From Dehalococcoidia bacterium (GTDB lineage Bacteria; Chloroflexota; Dehalococcoidia; Lucifugimonadales; UBA3495): a stretch of 64,000 bases of DNA. Below are positions 8,755 through 18,203 of the stretch, piece after piece. The DNA is taken from positions 924,974 through 988,973 of the forward strand of contig OZ247426.1 of assembly GCA_965232835.1 (NCBI GenBank). Direction: 5' to 3'. A program made the position numbers and the translations under genes. The notes under the pieces were generated by a model, which saw only the letters and a list, made by a program, of their open reading frames with translations, had not been told where the DNA came from and did not search any database. Each line of letters starts with the position of its first letter. Within the stretch, counting starts at the first letter, position 1.

Positions 8755-10104
8755 ATGACAACCCAGAGCAATCCGGGCGCCCTGGACTCGGCAACCCTCT
8801 CGGAGTTCAAGGAAATCTACGAGTCCCAGCCGGCACACAAGTTGATGCAGAACGTCGTGACCCAGCACGACGTGAACGACGTTGCCCTCAACCGGCAGAT
8901 CGTGTCGGAGGCGGTACACAGCTTCTCCACCGTTCTGGACGATTGGAGCGTCACCAACCAGGCGCGGTCGGGCCGCTGCTGGGCCTTCGCTGGTCTGAAC
9001 CTGTTCCGCTCTGAGACGCGGAACCTGCTCAACGTCAAGGAGTTCGAGTTCAGCCAGAGCTACGTCATGTTCTGGGACAAGATGGAACGGGCCAACTACG
9101 TCCTGGAGGCCATCATCGAGACCGCCGATCGCCCCGTCGATGACCGGGTGGTTGCCTGGCTGCTGCAGCAGCCCCTGGGCGATGGCGGACAGTGGGACAT
9201 GTTCGTCAGCCTGATCAGAAAGCACGGCGTTGTGCCCAAGACGGTCATGCCCGAAACGGAGAGCTCCGGCAACTCCATGCGGATGAACTCCGGCCTCAAC
9301 TACCAGGTGCGCCAGGGCGCCCTCAACATTCGCCGCATCTACGCCGCCGAGGGTGGTATCGATGCCATGCGGAAGGCCAAGCAGGAGTCCCTCGAAGCGA
9401 TCTACCGCATCCTCACCATCCATCTCGGCACGCCTCCCGACTCCTTCGACTGGCAGTGGAAGGACAAGGACGGAGAGTTCCACCGCGATGGCACCATGAC
9501 GCCCCTGGAGTTTGTGGATAAGTACATCTCCACTCCCATGGAAGAGTACGTCTGCCTTGTCCACGACCCACGGCAGGCCAATCCGCCCGGCCGCACCTAT
9601 ACCGTGCAGTACCTTGGCAACGTGGTCGACGGCACCCGCATCAAGTACCTGAACATCGACATCGACCAGATGAAGGACATCGCCGTGCGCATGCTGCAGG
9701 ACGGCAAGCCCGTCTGGATGGGCTGCGATACTGGCAAGCAGATGCACCGGGACAAGGGGTTGTGGGACGCAGAATTGTTCGACTACGGCAGTGTCTACAA
9801 CGCCGATTTCTCGATGAACAAGGAGGAACGGCTGGAGTACCACCAGACCGCCATGACCCACGCCATGCTGTTCACCGGCGTGGATGTCGTCGACGGCAAG
9901 CCGCGACGCTGGCGGGTGGAAAACAGTTGGGACGACAAGGTCGGCGAGAAGGGTTTCTTCCTGATGAACGACTCCTGGTTCGCCGAGTACATGTTCGAGA
10001 TAGCTGCGCCAATGAGCTATCTGCCCGAGGAACTGCAGCAAGCCCTCGACCTCGAGCCGGTCGTCCTGCCCCCGTGGGACCCCATGGGTTCCCTGGCCTC
10101 GTAA
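8755..10104 (+). CDS. pepC: Aminopeptidase C / bleomycin hydrolase (C1 cysteine peptidase)
   Basis: The active-site context [14 protein letters not shown], the overall length and the C-terminal half are typical of PepC. RBS AAGGACGGAG. Confidence 0.88.
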   Translation: MTTQSNPGALDSATLSEFKEIYESQPAHKLMQNVVTQHDVNDVALNRQIVSEAVHSFSTVLDDWSVTNQARSGRCWAFAGLNLFRSETRNLLNVKEFEFSQSYVMFWDKMERANYVLEAIIETADRPVDDRVVAWLLQQPLGDGGQWDMFVSLIRKHGVVPKTVMPETESSGNSMRMNSGLNYQVRQGALNIRRIYAAEGGIDAMRKAKQESLEAIYRILTIHLGTPPDSFDWQWKDKDGEFHRDGTMTPLEFVDKYISTPMEEYVCLVHDPRQANPPGRTYTVQYLGNVVDGTRIKYLNIDIDQMKDIAVRMLQDGKPVWMGCDTGKQMHRDKGLWDAELFDYGSVYNADFSMNKEERLEYHQTAMTHAMLFTGVDVVDGKPRRWRVENSWDDKVGEKGFFLMNDSWFAEYMFEIAAPMSYLPEELQQALDLEPVVLPPWDPMGSLAS

Positions 10105-10141
10105 ACGCCACTATACCCAATCAACGAAGGAAGGTGAAACC

Positions 10142-10516
10142 ATGGAGAGGTCCACCTACAACGAGCTAACGCCCCAGGAGAAGTACATCATCGAAATGAA
10201 GGGCACGGAGCGACCCTTCAGCGGCGAATACGAAAACTTCTACCAGGATGGTACATACATCTGCCGCCGCTGCAACGCCGAATTGTACCGCTCCGTCGAT
10301 AAGTTCGACGCGCATTGCGGTTGGCCCGCCTTCGACGACGAGGTGCCCGGCGCGGTCCGCCGCCTGCCCGACCCCGACGGCTGGCGCATCGAGATCGAAT
10401 GCGCCAACTGCGGTGGCCACCTGGGCCACGTGTTCCTCGGCGAGCGACTGACGCGCAAGAACACCCGCCACTGCGTCAACTCAATCTCCATGCGCTTCGT
10501 GCCCGCGGCCAAGTAG
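10142..10516 (+). CDS. msrB: Peptide-methionine (R)-S-oxide reductase MsrB
   Basis: Zn-binding CxxC pairs (RCNAEL..., [12 protein letters not shown]) and the catalytic RHCVNS motif. RBS GGAAGGTGA. Confidence 0.93.
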   Translation: MERSTYNELTPQEKYIIEMKGTERPFSGEYENFYQDGTYICRRCNAELYRSVDKFDAHCGWPAFDDEVPGAVRRLPDPDGWRIEIECANCGGHLGHVFLGERLTRKNTRHCVNSISMRFVPAAK

Positions 10517-10571
10517 CCCAAACGGCACCGCCCGATAGCAGCTACTACGGCAACTCGCGACGATTCAAAAT

Positions 10572-10597
10572 GTAGGGGCAAGCCTTGTGGTTGCCCC
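10572..10597. repeat. CCCCTAC-family hairpin repeat (single unit)
   Basis: GTAGGGGCAAGCCTTGTGGTTGCCCC. It is intergenic, between msrB and the dehalogenase-like gene. Confidence 0.75.
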
Positions 10598-10609
10598 GGA
10601 CAAAAAACT

Positions 10610-10647
10610 CCCTCCCCCTCAGGGGGAGGGCTGGGGTGGGGGTGAAC
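10610..10647. repeat. GGGAGAGGG-family hairpin repeat (reverse orientation)
   Basis: CCCTCCCCC-tca-GGGGGAGGG followed by CTGGGGTGGGGGTGA, which is the complement of the CACCC-rich flank seen in the other copies. Confidence 0.75.
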
Positions 10648-10754
10648 CGCCGCTGGCGCGGTCATTGGGCGGTGATGGTCGTTGCCACCGGGGAAATGCC
10701 GGATGAACCGTCGCCTGGACAGCTTTTCGCCAATCCGACTGCCTCGAGAACCGG

Positions 10755-11645
10755 CTACGTCTCGCCCAAAAACGCCAGTATCTCCGCTGCCGTTTCCTCC
10801 GGCGCCTCCTCGGCGAGGAAGTGGCCGCAGTCGATAGCACGGCCCCTCACGTTCTCCGCTCGCTCCCTCCACACCGTCAGCATGTCCAGGGCCCTCCCCG
10901 TCTGCCAACCCGGACGCTTGGCCATGTTGCTGCCCCACAGCGCCAGCACCGAGCAGGTCAGCTTCCGGCCCCGGTCAAGCGCGTCGTGGGCCAGGTCCAC
11001 GTCGATGGCGCGGTAGTCGGCGCACGACGCCCGAATCGTTTCAGGGTCGGAAAAACAGCGCAGATACTCGGCGTATGCCTCGTCGGTAATCGCCCCCTCC
11101 ACAGCCGTCCATCGTTCCAGCAGAAAGTCCAGGTAGAACTTGGCGTTGCTCCCGATCAGTGTCTCCGGGAACGGTTCGGGCTGCCGCATAAGGTGCCAGT
11201 GAAACCAGGCAAAGGCGAGGCTGCTGTCCATAGCCTCGAAAGCCGCCTGCGACGGCGCTACGTCCAGTGTCGTGAAGCTGAGCACCCGCTCAGGTGCATC
11301 CAGGGCCATCCGATGACCGACCCGCGAGCCCCGGTCGTGGCCCACGACGTGAAACGCCGGGTACCCCAGGGCCGTCATCACCCCGAGCTGGTCTTTCGCA
11401 GTCCGTCGCTTGCTATACCGTTCAGGATCGTCGCCCACGAGTGGCTTGCCGCTGTCCCCGTAGCCTCTGAGATCAGGGGCTATGACCGTGTATTTTTCAG
11501 CGAGCAGCGGCGCAACCTTGTGCCACATCACATGGGTCTGGGGATAGCCATGCAACAGCAGCACGGGAAGCCCACTGCCTCCGTGCACCAGCTTGATGGA
11601 CGTCTCCGACGTCTCTATCCGGGTACTGGTAAATCCTTCAAACAC
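10755..11645 (-). CDS. Alpha/beta hydrolase, haloacetate (fluoroacetate) dehalogenase / epoxide hydrolase-like
   Basis: LLLHGYPQTHVMWHKVAPLLAEKYTVIAPDLRGYGDSGKP, and the Asp nucleophile motif VVGHDRGSRVGHRMALD. The GTG start lies 13 nt after the SEC-C ORF stop. Confidence 0.85.
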   Translation of the reverse strand: MFEGFTSTRIETSETSIKLVHGGSGLPVLLLHGYPQTHVMWHKVAPLLAEKYTVIAPDLRGYGDSGKPLVGDDPERYSKRRTAKDQLGVMTALGYPAFHVVGHDRGSRVGHRMALDAPERVLSFTTLDVAPSQAAFEAMDSSLAFAWFHWHLMRQPEPFPETLIGSNAKFYLDFLLERWTAVEGAITDEAYAEYLRCFSDPETIRASCADYRAIDVDLAHDALDRGRKLTCSVLALWGSNMAKRPGWQTGRALDMLTVWRERAENVRGRAIDCGHFLAEEAPEETAAEILAFLGET

Positions 11646-11658
11646 CGAAGCTTCCCTG

Positions 11659-11820
11659 TCAGTCGCCGTGGCAGCGCTTCCACTTCTTGCCGCTGCCGCA
11701 GGGGCATTTCTCGTTGCGTCCGATCTTGGTCCGCTCGCCTCGCACCGTGCGTTTGTCCTGGCATCTCGCGCAGGTGCAGGCCGGAGGGTGTTCGCTGTGC
11801 CAATTGGTTCTTGTGGTCAT
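11659..11820 (-). CDS. Small SEC-C metal-binding motif protein (53 aa; absent from the ORF track)
   Basis: My own translation is [53 protein letters not shown]. The C-terminus is the canonical SEC-C motif [14 protein letters not shown]. Confidence 0.7.
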   Translation of the reverse strand: MTTRTNWHSEHPPACTCARCQDKRTVRGERTKIGRNEKCPCGSGKKWKRCHGD

Positions 11821-11871
11821 CGAAACCAAATCCTTTCTCGAATTGATAAGCGAGGAGGGCGGGGATTGGGG

Positions 11872-12285
11872 CTAGACTTCTGCCAGATCCTCAATGGCAA
11901 CGATGCCACCCTCGCGCGCCTCCATGCTGAGGCGGCTGCCCCAGAGCATTGCCATTCCCAACAGCGGGGGCCGTGTTTCGGTTTGGAGGATTCCTATTTC
12001 CCTGTGTCGGCCATTCCAAAGAACTGTTGCTCGGTAAAACCTGAACTCCCTGAATTCGCTATCAGCCAATTCAGCCGTCCCAAATCCCTCGGGAGTCAAC
12101 TGAAGTGATTCTACGGCCGACCTAGGTAAGGTGAGATGACCATCAAACCCGGTGTCCAGGATGAATTCAAAGTCGTGAAAGACTCCCAAGTAATTTGCAA
12201 CAGCCAGGACCACTCTTATTTCACCGGTGCGCAAGGGACCGGGAAGAGGATGAACGCGCCCTTCAATCATTCTTCGGCTCTGCAT
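11872..12285 (-). CDS. Retropepsin-like (clan AA) aspartic protease
   Basis: Single-domain retropepsin layout with the catalytic FILDTGFDGHLTLP (DTG) and a C-terminal LLGMAMLWG. An alternative start at ATG 12270 overlaps the upstream stop (ATGATTGA). Confidence 0.75.
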   Translation of the reverse strand: MQSRRMIEGRVHPLPGPLRTGEIRVVLAVANYLGVFHDFEFILDTGFDGHLTLPRSAVESLQLTPEGFGTAELADSEFREFRFYRATVLWNGRHREIGILQTETRPPLLGMAMLWGSRLSMEAREGGIVAIEDLAEV

Positions 12286-12589
12286 TCACGTCCTTAATGA
12301 ATGAGGTCGCATCATCATCAAAATGTAATCGTCCATACGTGGCTCGCCAGCCCATACGGGAAATTGGCTGGCCGTGAAACTCGATTGTCCATGTGCGGGC
12401 TTCCGGCTTCCGGCGCAACAACCTATCCACGGCTTTTCTCTCTACGGCGTCCACTTCGTAGTCCCCACTGTCCACATCGATTGCCACCATCTTTCCCTTG
12501 TCCTCGTCGACTAGTTTCCACACGACACTGGACCGATATAAGGCCTGACCGGCATCGGCAATTTCCGTTTCATTTCTTTCGATTGCCAT
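12263..12589 (-). CDS. Hypothetical protein, translationally coupled partner of the retropepsin-like protease
   Basis: A 108-aa ORF overlapping the protease start. The central KGKMVAIDVDSGDYEVD segment resembles small antitoxin-like beta domains, but I cannot assign a family. Confidence 0.5.
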   Translation of the reverse strand: MAIERNETEIADAGQALYRSSVVWKLVDEDKGKMVAIDVDSGDYEVDAVERKAVDRLLRRKPEARTWTIEFHGQPISRMGWRATYGRLHFDDDATSFIKDVNAEPKND

Positions 12590-12718
12590 AGCTTCCCCGC
12601 GCCTGCCCGCTGTTGAGATTGAATTGTATCACCGCGTCAATTCCGAGGTAGCAGGCGCCTTGACGAATCCTGTCTCCGGCATAGAATAACCGCTAGCCCT
12701 CGTGATGGTCAGTGATGA

Positions 12719-13978
12719 ATGCCAGATAATTCCGAAACCCTGCTGTTGAGTCCCTACCGCGTGCTCGACCTCACCGACGAGCGCGGCCTGCTCTGCGGCA
12801 AGATCCTGGGCGACCTCGGTGCGGATGTAATTCAGGTGGAGCCGCCGGGCGGTAGTAGCGCGCGGCACGTCGGGCCCTTCTACGCCGACGATCCGTCTCC
12901 CGAAAAAAGCCTGTATTGGTGGGCCTACTCCGGCAACAAGCGTGGCATCACCCTGGACGTCGCGCACCCCGACGGCAGAGCGCTGCTTGAGCGGTTGGCG
13001 TCCAAGGCCGATTTCGTGATCGAGTCTTCCGATCCCGGCTATCTCGATAGCGTAGGACTGGGGTACTCGCGTCTTTCCGAAATCAACCCGGGGCTGGTGA
13101 TGGTCTCGATAACCGCCTTCGGACAGGACGGTCCCTACGCCGGCTACCATGCCTCCGACATTACCGGGATGGCGATGGGTGGCTTCATGCACCTAACCGG
13201 GGATCCCGACCGAGCGCCGCTGCGGCCCAGTTTCCCGCACTTCTACCTGCACGGCTCGGCCGCTGGAGCAGCGGCCGCCATGCTGGCCCACACTCACCGG
13301 GCCCTCACTGGCGAGGGGCAGTTCGTTGGCGTCTCATGCCAACAGGCGGTGGCGCGGACGCTGGCACATGCCCCACAGATCTGGGACATCGAGGGCGCCA
13401 TCCTCCAGCGCATGGGCGTGTACCGGCAGACGTCGGGCGACAACCGGGTGCGCATCAACTGGCCCTGTGCCGACGGTTATGTCAACTACATGCTGCAGGG
13501 CGGCGGTGTTGCTCCCAGCACCCGCAATCTGTTCCAGTGGATGGAGGAGGACGGGATCGACGTTACCGACCTCCAGGCCTTCGAGTGGGAGACTATGGGC
13601 TACGGGCGTATCACGCCCGAAGTGATGGATACGGTAGTGGGTCCCATGGCCGAGTTTTTCCTCCGCCACACGCGCGAGGAGCTGACCCGCGGCAGCGTCG
13701 ATCGGCGCATCCTGCTCTTCCCCGTGGCCACCCCGTCGGACCTGCGGCAGCACCCTCAGCTGGAGGCTCGCGGATACTTCACCTCCATCGAGCACCCCGA
13801 CCTCGGAACGACCATCGACTATCCCGGCGCGTTCATCAAGGGAGGCGACGGCGCGCAGGTCGCCCCGCTTCGCCGCCGCGCTCCCAATGTGGGCGAGCAC
13901 AACCTCGAGATTTACGGCGGGGAATTGGGCCTGGCGCCCTCCGAAATAGAGTCCCTCAGGCGAGTGGGAGCCATCTGA
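12719..13978 (+). CDS. Family III CoA-transferase (CaiB/BaiF), A-type subunit
   Basis: YRVLDLTDERGLLCGKILGDLGADVIQVEPPGG, then LVMVSITAFGQDGPY and GMAMGGFMHLTG. The position aligned by eye to the catalytic Asp is Tyr (HFYLHG). Confidence 0.88.
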   Translation: MPDNSETLLLSPYRVLDLTDERGLLCGKILGDLGADVIQVEPPGGSSARHVGPFYADDPSPEKSLYWWAYSGNKRGITLDVAHPDGRALLERLASKADFVIESSDPGYLDSVGLGYSRLSEINPGLVMVSITAFGQDGPYAGYHASDITGMAMGGFMHLTGDPDRAPLRPSFPHFYLHGSAAGAAAAMLAHTHRALTGEGQFVGVSCQQAVARTLAHAPQIWDIEGAILQRMGVYRQTSGDNRVRINWPCADGYVNYMLQGGGVAPSTRNLFQWMEEDGIDVTDLQAFEWETMGYGRITPEVMDTVVGPMAEFFLRHTREELTRGSVDRRILLFPVATPSDLRQHPQLEARGYFTSIEHPDLGTTIDYPGAFIKGGDGAQVAPLRRRAPNVGEHNLEIYGGELGLAPSEIESLRRVGAI

Positions 13979-15195
13979 TGTCGACAAAGCCACTGGATGG
14001 AGTAAATGTACTGGACTTCTGCTGGGTCGCCGTGGGGCCCATGACCACGAAGTACCTGGGCGAATACGGCGCAACAGTTGTCCGGGTGGAGTCGGCCAAA
14101 CGCCCCGGCACCCTGCGGTCCGCCGCACCGTTCCCGGACGGCATAGCGGGCATCAACCGCAGCGCCTACTTTGCCAGCTACAACGCCAACAAGATGGGCA
14201 TCACCATCGACATGCGCCATCCCCGGGCACGGGACCTGATGCTTCGCCTCGCCGGATGGGCCAACATAGTGACCGAGAATTTCACTCCCGGAACCATGGA
14301 AAGCTGGGGCCTCGGGTTCAAGGAACTGAGCGAGATCAACCCCGCTCTTGTCATGTTCAGCGCATCAATGATGGGCAGGGGAGGGCCACTGGAGCGGCAG
14401 CCCGGATTCGGTCCTGTGCTGTCCTCACTGGTGGGCCTGACCAATGTCACGGGCTGGCCCGATCGCACTCCGGTCAACCCCTACGGCGCCTACACCGACT
14501 TCATCGTTCCCAAGTTCGCCGTGGCAGCCATCCTGGCCGCCCTCGATCGCAGCCGTCGGACCGGAGAGGGAATACACCTGGACCTATCGCAGCTGGAAAC
14601 GTCCATGCACTTCGTTTCGCCGCTGCTCCTGGACTACACGGCCAACGGGCGCGAGCAGGGCCGTCTAGGCAACCGCGATCATGGCGGCGCTCCCCACGGC
14701 GTCTACCCCTGCGCCGGGGTAGACCGCTGGCTGGCCATAGCCTGTTCATCAGATCACCACTGGCAGGGACTGCTCAAAGTGGCCGAACCTGACGGCGGGC
14801 CGCTGCATTCCGACCAGTTCGCCACCCTGCTGGGCCGTAAGGCCAACGAGGACGAGCTGGACCGCCTGGTAACCCAGTGGACGATCCAGCACGACCGACA
14901 CCAGCTGATGCAGGCCCTTCAGGAGGCTGGCGTTCCGTCAGGGGTGATCAACGACCCTCGGGACCTGTTCGAGGACCCGCAACTGCAGCACCGCAACCAC
15001 TTCCAATGGCTCGACCACCCCGAGATCGGCCCCTACGCCACCGACCGAAGCGAGTTCGAACTCTCGCTGACGCCAGGCGGCCTGGACACACCCGCTCCCC
15101 TCTTGGGCCAGCACACCGAACACTTCCTGCGGAAGATAATCGGCCTCAGCGAAGAGGAGTACGCCTCGCTGGAAAGCGACGGCGTACTGGAATAG
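13978..15195 (+). CDS. Family III CoA-transferase (CaiB/BaiF), B-type subunit
   Basis: The ATG overlaps the upstream stop (TGATG). It has LDGVNVLDFCWVAVGPMTTKYLGEYGATVVRVES and retains the Asp motif AYTDFIVPKFAVAAILAAL...TGEG. The 619-aa track ORF from 13336 is an artefactual upstream extension. Confidence 0.88.
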   Translation: MSTKPLDGVNVLDFCWVAVGPMTTKYLGEYGATVVRVESAKRPGTLRSAAPFPDGIAGINRSAYFASYNANKMGITIDMRHPRARDLMLRLAGWANIVTENFTPGTMESWGLGFKELSEINPALVMFSASMMGRGGPLERQPGFGPVLSSLVGLTNVTGWPDRTPVNPYGAYTDFIVPKFAVAAILAALDRSRRTGEGIHLDLSQLETSMHFVSPLLLDYTANGREQGRLGNRDHGGAPHGVYPCAGVDRWLAIACSSDHHWQGLLKVAEPDGGPLHSDQFATLLGRKANEDELDRLVTQWTIQHDRHQLMQALQEAGVPSGVINDPRDLFEDPQLQHRNHFQWLDHPEIGPYATDRSEFELSLTPGGLDTPAPLLGQHTEHFLRKIIGLSEEEYASLESDGVLE

Positions 15196-15207
15196 CTCCC
15201 GTAACCG

Positions 15208-16725
15208 TTACATCGTTTCCCAGTCGCACGACTGCTCGAATGCATGGGCGGCCCGGAGCACGGTTGCGTCATCGAACCTACGCCCGACAAGCATCAGCCC
15301 GATAGGCAGGCCCTCCGACGTCTTGCCGCACGGCACGCTGATGGCCGGGTGGCCCGACATGTCGAAGGGTGCCGTGTTGTGCAGCATGTCCCAGGCATGG
15401 TCAATTACTGCCTTGGGGTCGCCTCCGGCGTCGTTGCGATGGGCCGGCATCGGCGTGGTCGGCATCAGCAGCAGGTCGCACTGCGATAGCGCCTGGTCGT
15501 ATCCGGCCCGCATGTCGCGGCGCAGGTTCTGGGCCTTGGCATACATTACGCTGTTGTACTCCTCGGTCATGTAGTTGCCGATAATCAGCGTCAGCTTCAC
15601 CGTGGGCGGCAGGTCGTTGGCCTGCGCCCTGAGCCCCTGCCCCAACGCCTGCGCGAACCCGGGGCTGTACTGCCCTTCGAAGTGCCTGCCCGTCCCGCTC
15701 ATTTGCAACAGCGAGGCGGCGCCCTCTGCGATCAGTCCCCACGATATGGCGCCCGCTTTGGCGTGCCAGGGCACGGACAGATCTTCAACTGTCGCTCCCA
15801 GCTCGGCCAGCCGGTTGGCGGCCTGCCTGACCTTGGCATCGACCTCGGTGTGGGACTGCTCCAACCCGAAGCCCTCCGGTACCACTCCGATTCTCAGCCC
15901 ACTGGCGCCCGTGGCCAGCGCCCCGACGTAGTCCTGCATCACAACGTCCCCCTGCCTCGGATCCAGGGGGTCCTTTCCGGCTATGACCTGCAACAGCAGC
16001 GCCGCATCGGCGACGGTCCGGGTCATCGGCCCGGTGTGGTCGAAAGTATTGTCGATGCCGATGATCCCGGTGTACGGCACCAGGCCGTGGGTCGGCTTGT
16101 GCCCGACGATGCCGCAGAAGGACGCTGGGATGCGGATGGATCCCCCCTGGTCGCCCCCGATGGTCATGTCGATATCATCGTAGAACAGCGCCGCAGCCGA
16201 ACCTCCGGATGATCCGCCGGCCAGATGATCGGGGCTGTGGGGATTGAGCGTCGGTCCGAAGGCGCTTGTGTCGCCCGCTCCCGAAAATGCGAAGTTGTCG
16301 AGGTTGAGCAGAGAGTTGATCTCTGCCCCCTCGTCCAGAATCCGCGTCACGATGGTGGCATCGCTGTCGGCAACATAGTGCTCGAGGATGCGGGAGCCGC
16401 ACGTCAGCGGGAAACCCGAGACGCTGATGTTGTTTTTCAGCCCGATACGCTTTCCTGCCAGCAGTCCTCCCGTCGCTCCGCGAATGTAGCAGCGGCGCAG
16501 GATGGCGTTGTAGGGGTCATCCTCAGGACTGGGACGGGACCCAGGCTCGCGGTTGGGGTAACGCAGGGGCGGGCGTTGCTCCGGTAGTTGCGCCAGGTCG
16601 TCGAATGAGTCGAACACTCCGGGGATCAGCGCCTCGAACGCACCCATCTCGGCATCAGTCAGGTCGATGTTGTTGGCCTCGGCGAGTCGCTGCACATCCT
16701 GGGGTGTTGGTCTTCGAATAGTCAT
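15208..16725 (-). CDS. Amidase (amidase-signature family, GatA-like)
   Basis: The AS signature GGSSGGSAAA sits in a Gly/Ser-rich core with GGDQGGSIRIPASFCG. RBS GAGGTG. Confidence 0.92.
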   Translation of the reverse strand: MTIRRPTPQDVQRLAEANNIDLTDAEMGAFEALIPGVFDSFDDLAQLPEQRPPLRYPNREPGSRPSPEDDPYNAILRRCYIRGATGGLLAGKRIGLKNNISVSGFPLTCGSRILEHYVADSDATIVTRILDEGAEINSLLNLDNFAFSGAGDTSAFGPTLNPHSPDHLAGGSSGGSAAALFYDDIDMTIGGDQGGSIRIPASFCGIVGHKPTHGLVPYTGIIGIDNTFDHTGPMTRTVADAALLLQVIAGKDPLDPRQGDVVMQDYVGALATGASGLRIGVVPEGFGLEQSHTEVDAKVRQAANRLAELGATVEDLSVPWHAKAGAISWGLIAEGAASLLQMSGTGRHFEGQYSPGFAQALGQGLRAQANDLPPTVKLTLIIGNYMTEEYNSVMYAKAQNLRRDMRAGYDQALSQCDLLLMPTTPMPAHRNDAGGDPKAVIDHAWDMLHNTAPFDMSGHPAISVPCGKTSEGLPIGLMLVGRRFDDATVLRAAHAFEQSCDWETM

Positions 16726-16807
16726 TTCGCACCTCGTCTGGTAGATAGGGTTCTAATAGACCAGTCATTCATCCAGGTTAACCATGACCCACTGGCAAGC
16801 CTTCCGT

Positions 16808-18028
16808 TCAGTCGCTGGCGGCCGGCGCTGGCGTACGTTCCCTGCCAAAACTCAGCGTGGTCCCGGCGACCACCAGGGACAGGGGCGTGAAACAGGCTAT
16901 GAACATGGCAAGGAACAGGTTTCCGGTGGCCTCCTCCAGGAACCCGATGAACAGGGGCCCCAGGGCCTGTCCGGTTGAGATGAGCATCATCACGACGGAG
17001 AAAGCCACCGCCAGTTGCCGGGGCTGGATACCCCGCAGGTTGAATGGCACCGTGATCAGGATGGGGAAAAACGTCCAGGTCACCCCGTTGATGATAGACA
17101 TCACGTAGATCATCACTACCGACCCGGTAACGATCATGCCGACGAACGATCCCACCATAACCACGCCGAGGATCTGCAGGAACAAGCCCTCCTTGCGCCA
17201 GGTTGCGGCGTAGTAGCCGATGGCCAGGCCTCCGATGCCTCCCAGCACCACATCCAGGGCCAAGGCCAGGCCGCTGACGCGCAGGGAGATGTCATATTCC
17301 TGCAGCATCAGCGTGGGGAAGAAGGCCAGGAAAGCGGAAAAGGCCATGGTGGCGCCGCAGAAACCGCCTCCGCAGAGCCACAGGTCGCGATGGCTGAGGG
17401 CACTGCGAAGCAACGGCAGTAGTGGCTGAGATTCACTCCTGGAGAATTCCTCGGTCACGCGGTCGCGCCCCATCACCAGCCAGATTAGTGTCAGCGCAAC
17501 ATAGTAGAAGGCAAAAATGCGAAGCGTCCCCCGCCAGTCGTCCCCGAGAATTATGAGAATCACAGGCGACAGTGCCAGCCCTCCGCCCACCACCAGGCCG
17601 AAAAAGACGTTCGAAAGCCCGTTGACCAGCACTACTTCCCGGGGCGGAAACCACTGCCTCGTAAGGATCGCCCGCGCCGGCTGCTGGGCAATGGTGAAAA
17701 TCCCGAACAGCAAGCGGCCCAGCAGCAGCAAGGCAAACACCGGGGCCCAACCTTGCAGGAAAAGGCAAAGGGCGCAACCCACCAGCGTGATCGCCGTCAG
17801 CCACTTGGGAGACAGGCGCGACCCTAACCACGCGATCGGGATCGCCAGCAATATGGTGCTCCAGAAGGGCGCAGAGCCCAGCAGTCCCTGCTCCGATGGC
17901 GAAAGGTCGAGGCTCTCAGCGATGGATGGCAGCAGGATGCCCAGCGTGTTGATGACCATCTGCGCGGATACGTTGGACATCAGGTAGAGGCATATCAACA
18001 CCCAGCGATAGGTCGGGAAACTAGACAT
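16808..18028 (-). CDS. MFS transporter
   Basis: About 12 predicted TM segments in a two-halves layout. ATG 18028 lies directly after the track's TTG at 18031. Confidence 0.85.
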   Translation of the reverse strand: MSSFPTYRWVLICLYLMSNVSAQMVINTLGILLPSIAESLDLSPSEQGLLGSAPFWSTILLAIPIAWLGSRLSPKWLTAITLVGCALCLFLQGWAPVFALLLLGRLLFGIFTIAQQPARAILTRQWFPPREVVLVNGLSNVFFGLVVGGGLALSPVILIILGDDWRGTLRIFAFYYVALTLIWLVMGRDRVTEEFSRSESQPLLPLLRSALSHRDLWLCGGGFCGATMAFSAFLAFFPTLMLQEYDISLRVSGLALALDVVLGGIGGLAIGYYAATWRKEGLFLQILGVVMVGSFVGMIVTGSVVMIYVMSIINGVTWTFFPILITVPFNLRGIQPRQLAVAFSVVMMLISTGQALGPLFIGFLEEATGNLFLAMFIACFTPLSLVVAGTTLSFGRERTPAPAASD

Positions 18029-18203
18029 CAATTACCCTTGGAGCAATGTGCACAACGGAACCCGTTCTGTTCTTGCCGTCGTGGAATAGGCTTGGAAATT
18101 TGGCATATCATAGTCCTTCGGGATACCATCCCGCCAATCGGAAATCGCAAGAGTCCCAAAATCAAGTGCGTCTCCCTTCATGGGAGGCGAGGTGAGAGTG
18201 AAT

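Noticed and set aside
8737-10041. Long antisense ORFs opposite well-supported genes. Examples: 8737-10041 (434 aa) opposite pepC, 4928-5617, 18162-19205, 21088-22017, 29850-31217 (455 aa) opposite hdc/ACT, 36805-37779, 42093-43205 and 43349-44623.
   Set aside because: Each lies antisense to a gene with strong family motifs. Their translations are low-complexity and Arg/Gly/Pro/His-rich with no recognisable motifs. Shadow ORFs of this kind are expected in roughly 60% GC DNA.
13336-15195. The 619-aa ORF in the track, suggesting a very long CoA-transferase.
   Set aside because: The first roughly 214 codons overlap the 3' half of the upstream CoA-transferase in another frame and are Arg/Pro-rich nonsense. 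The family-typical N-terminus (MSTKPLDGVNVLDF...) begins at ATG 13978, which overlaps the upstream stop.
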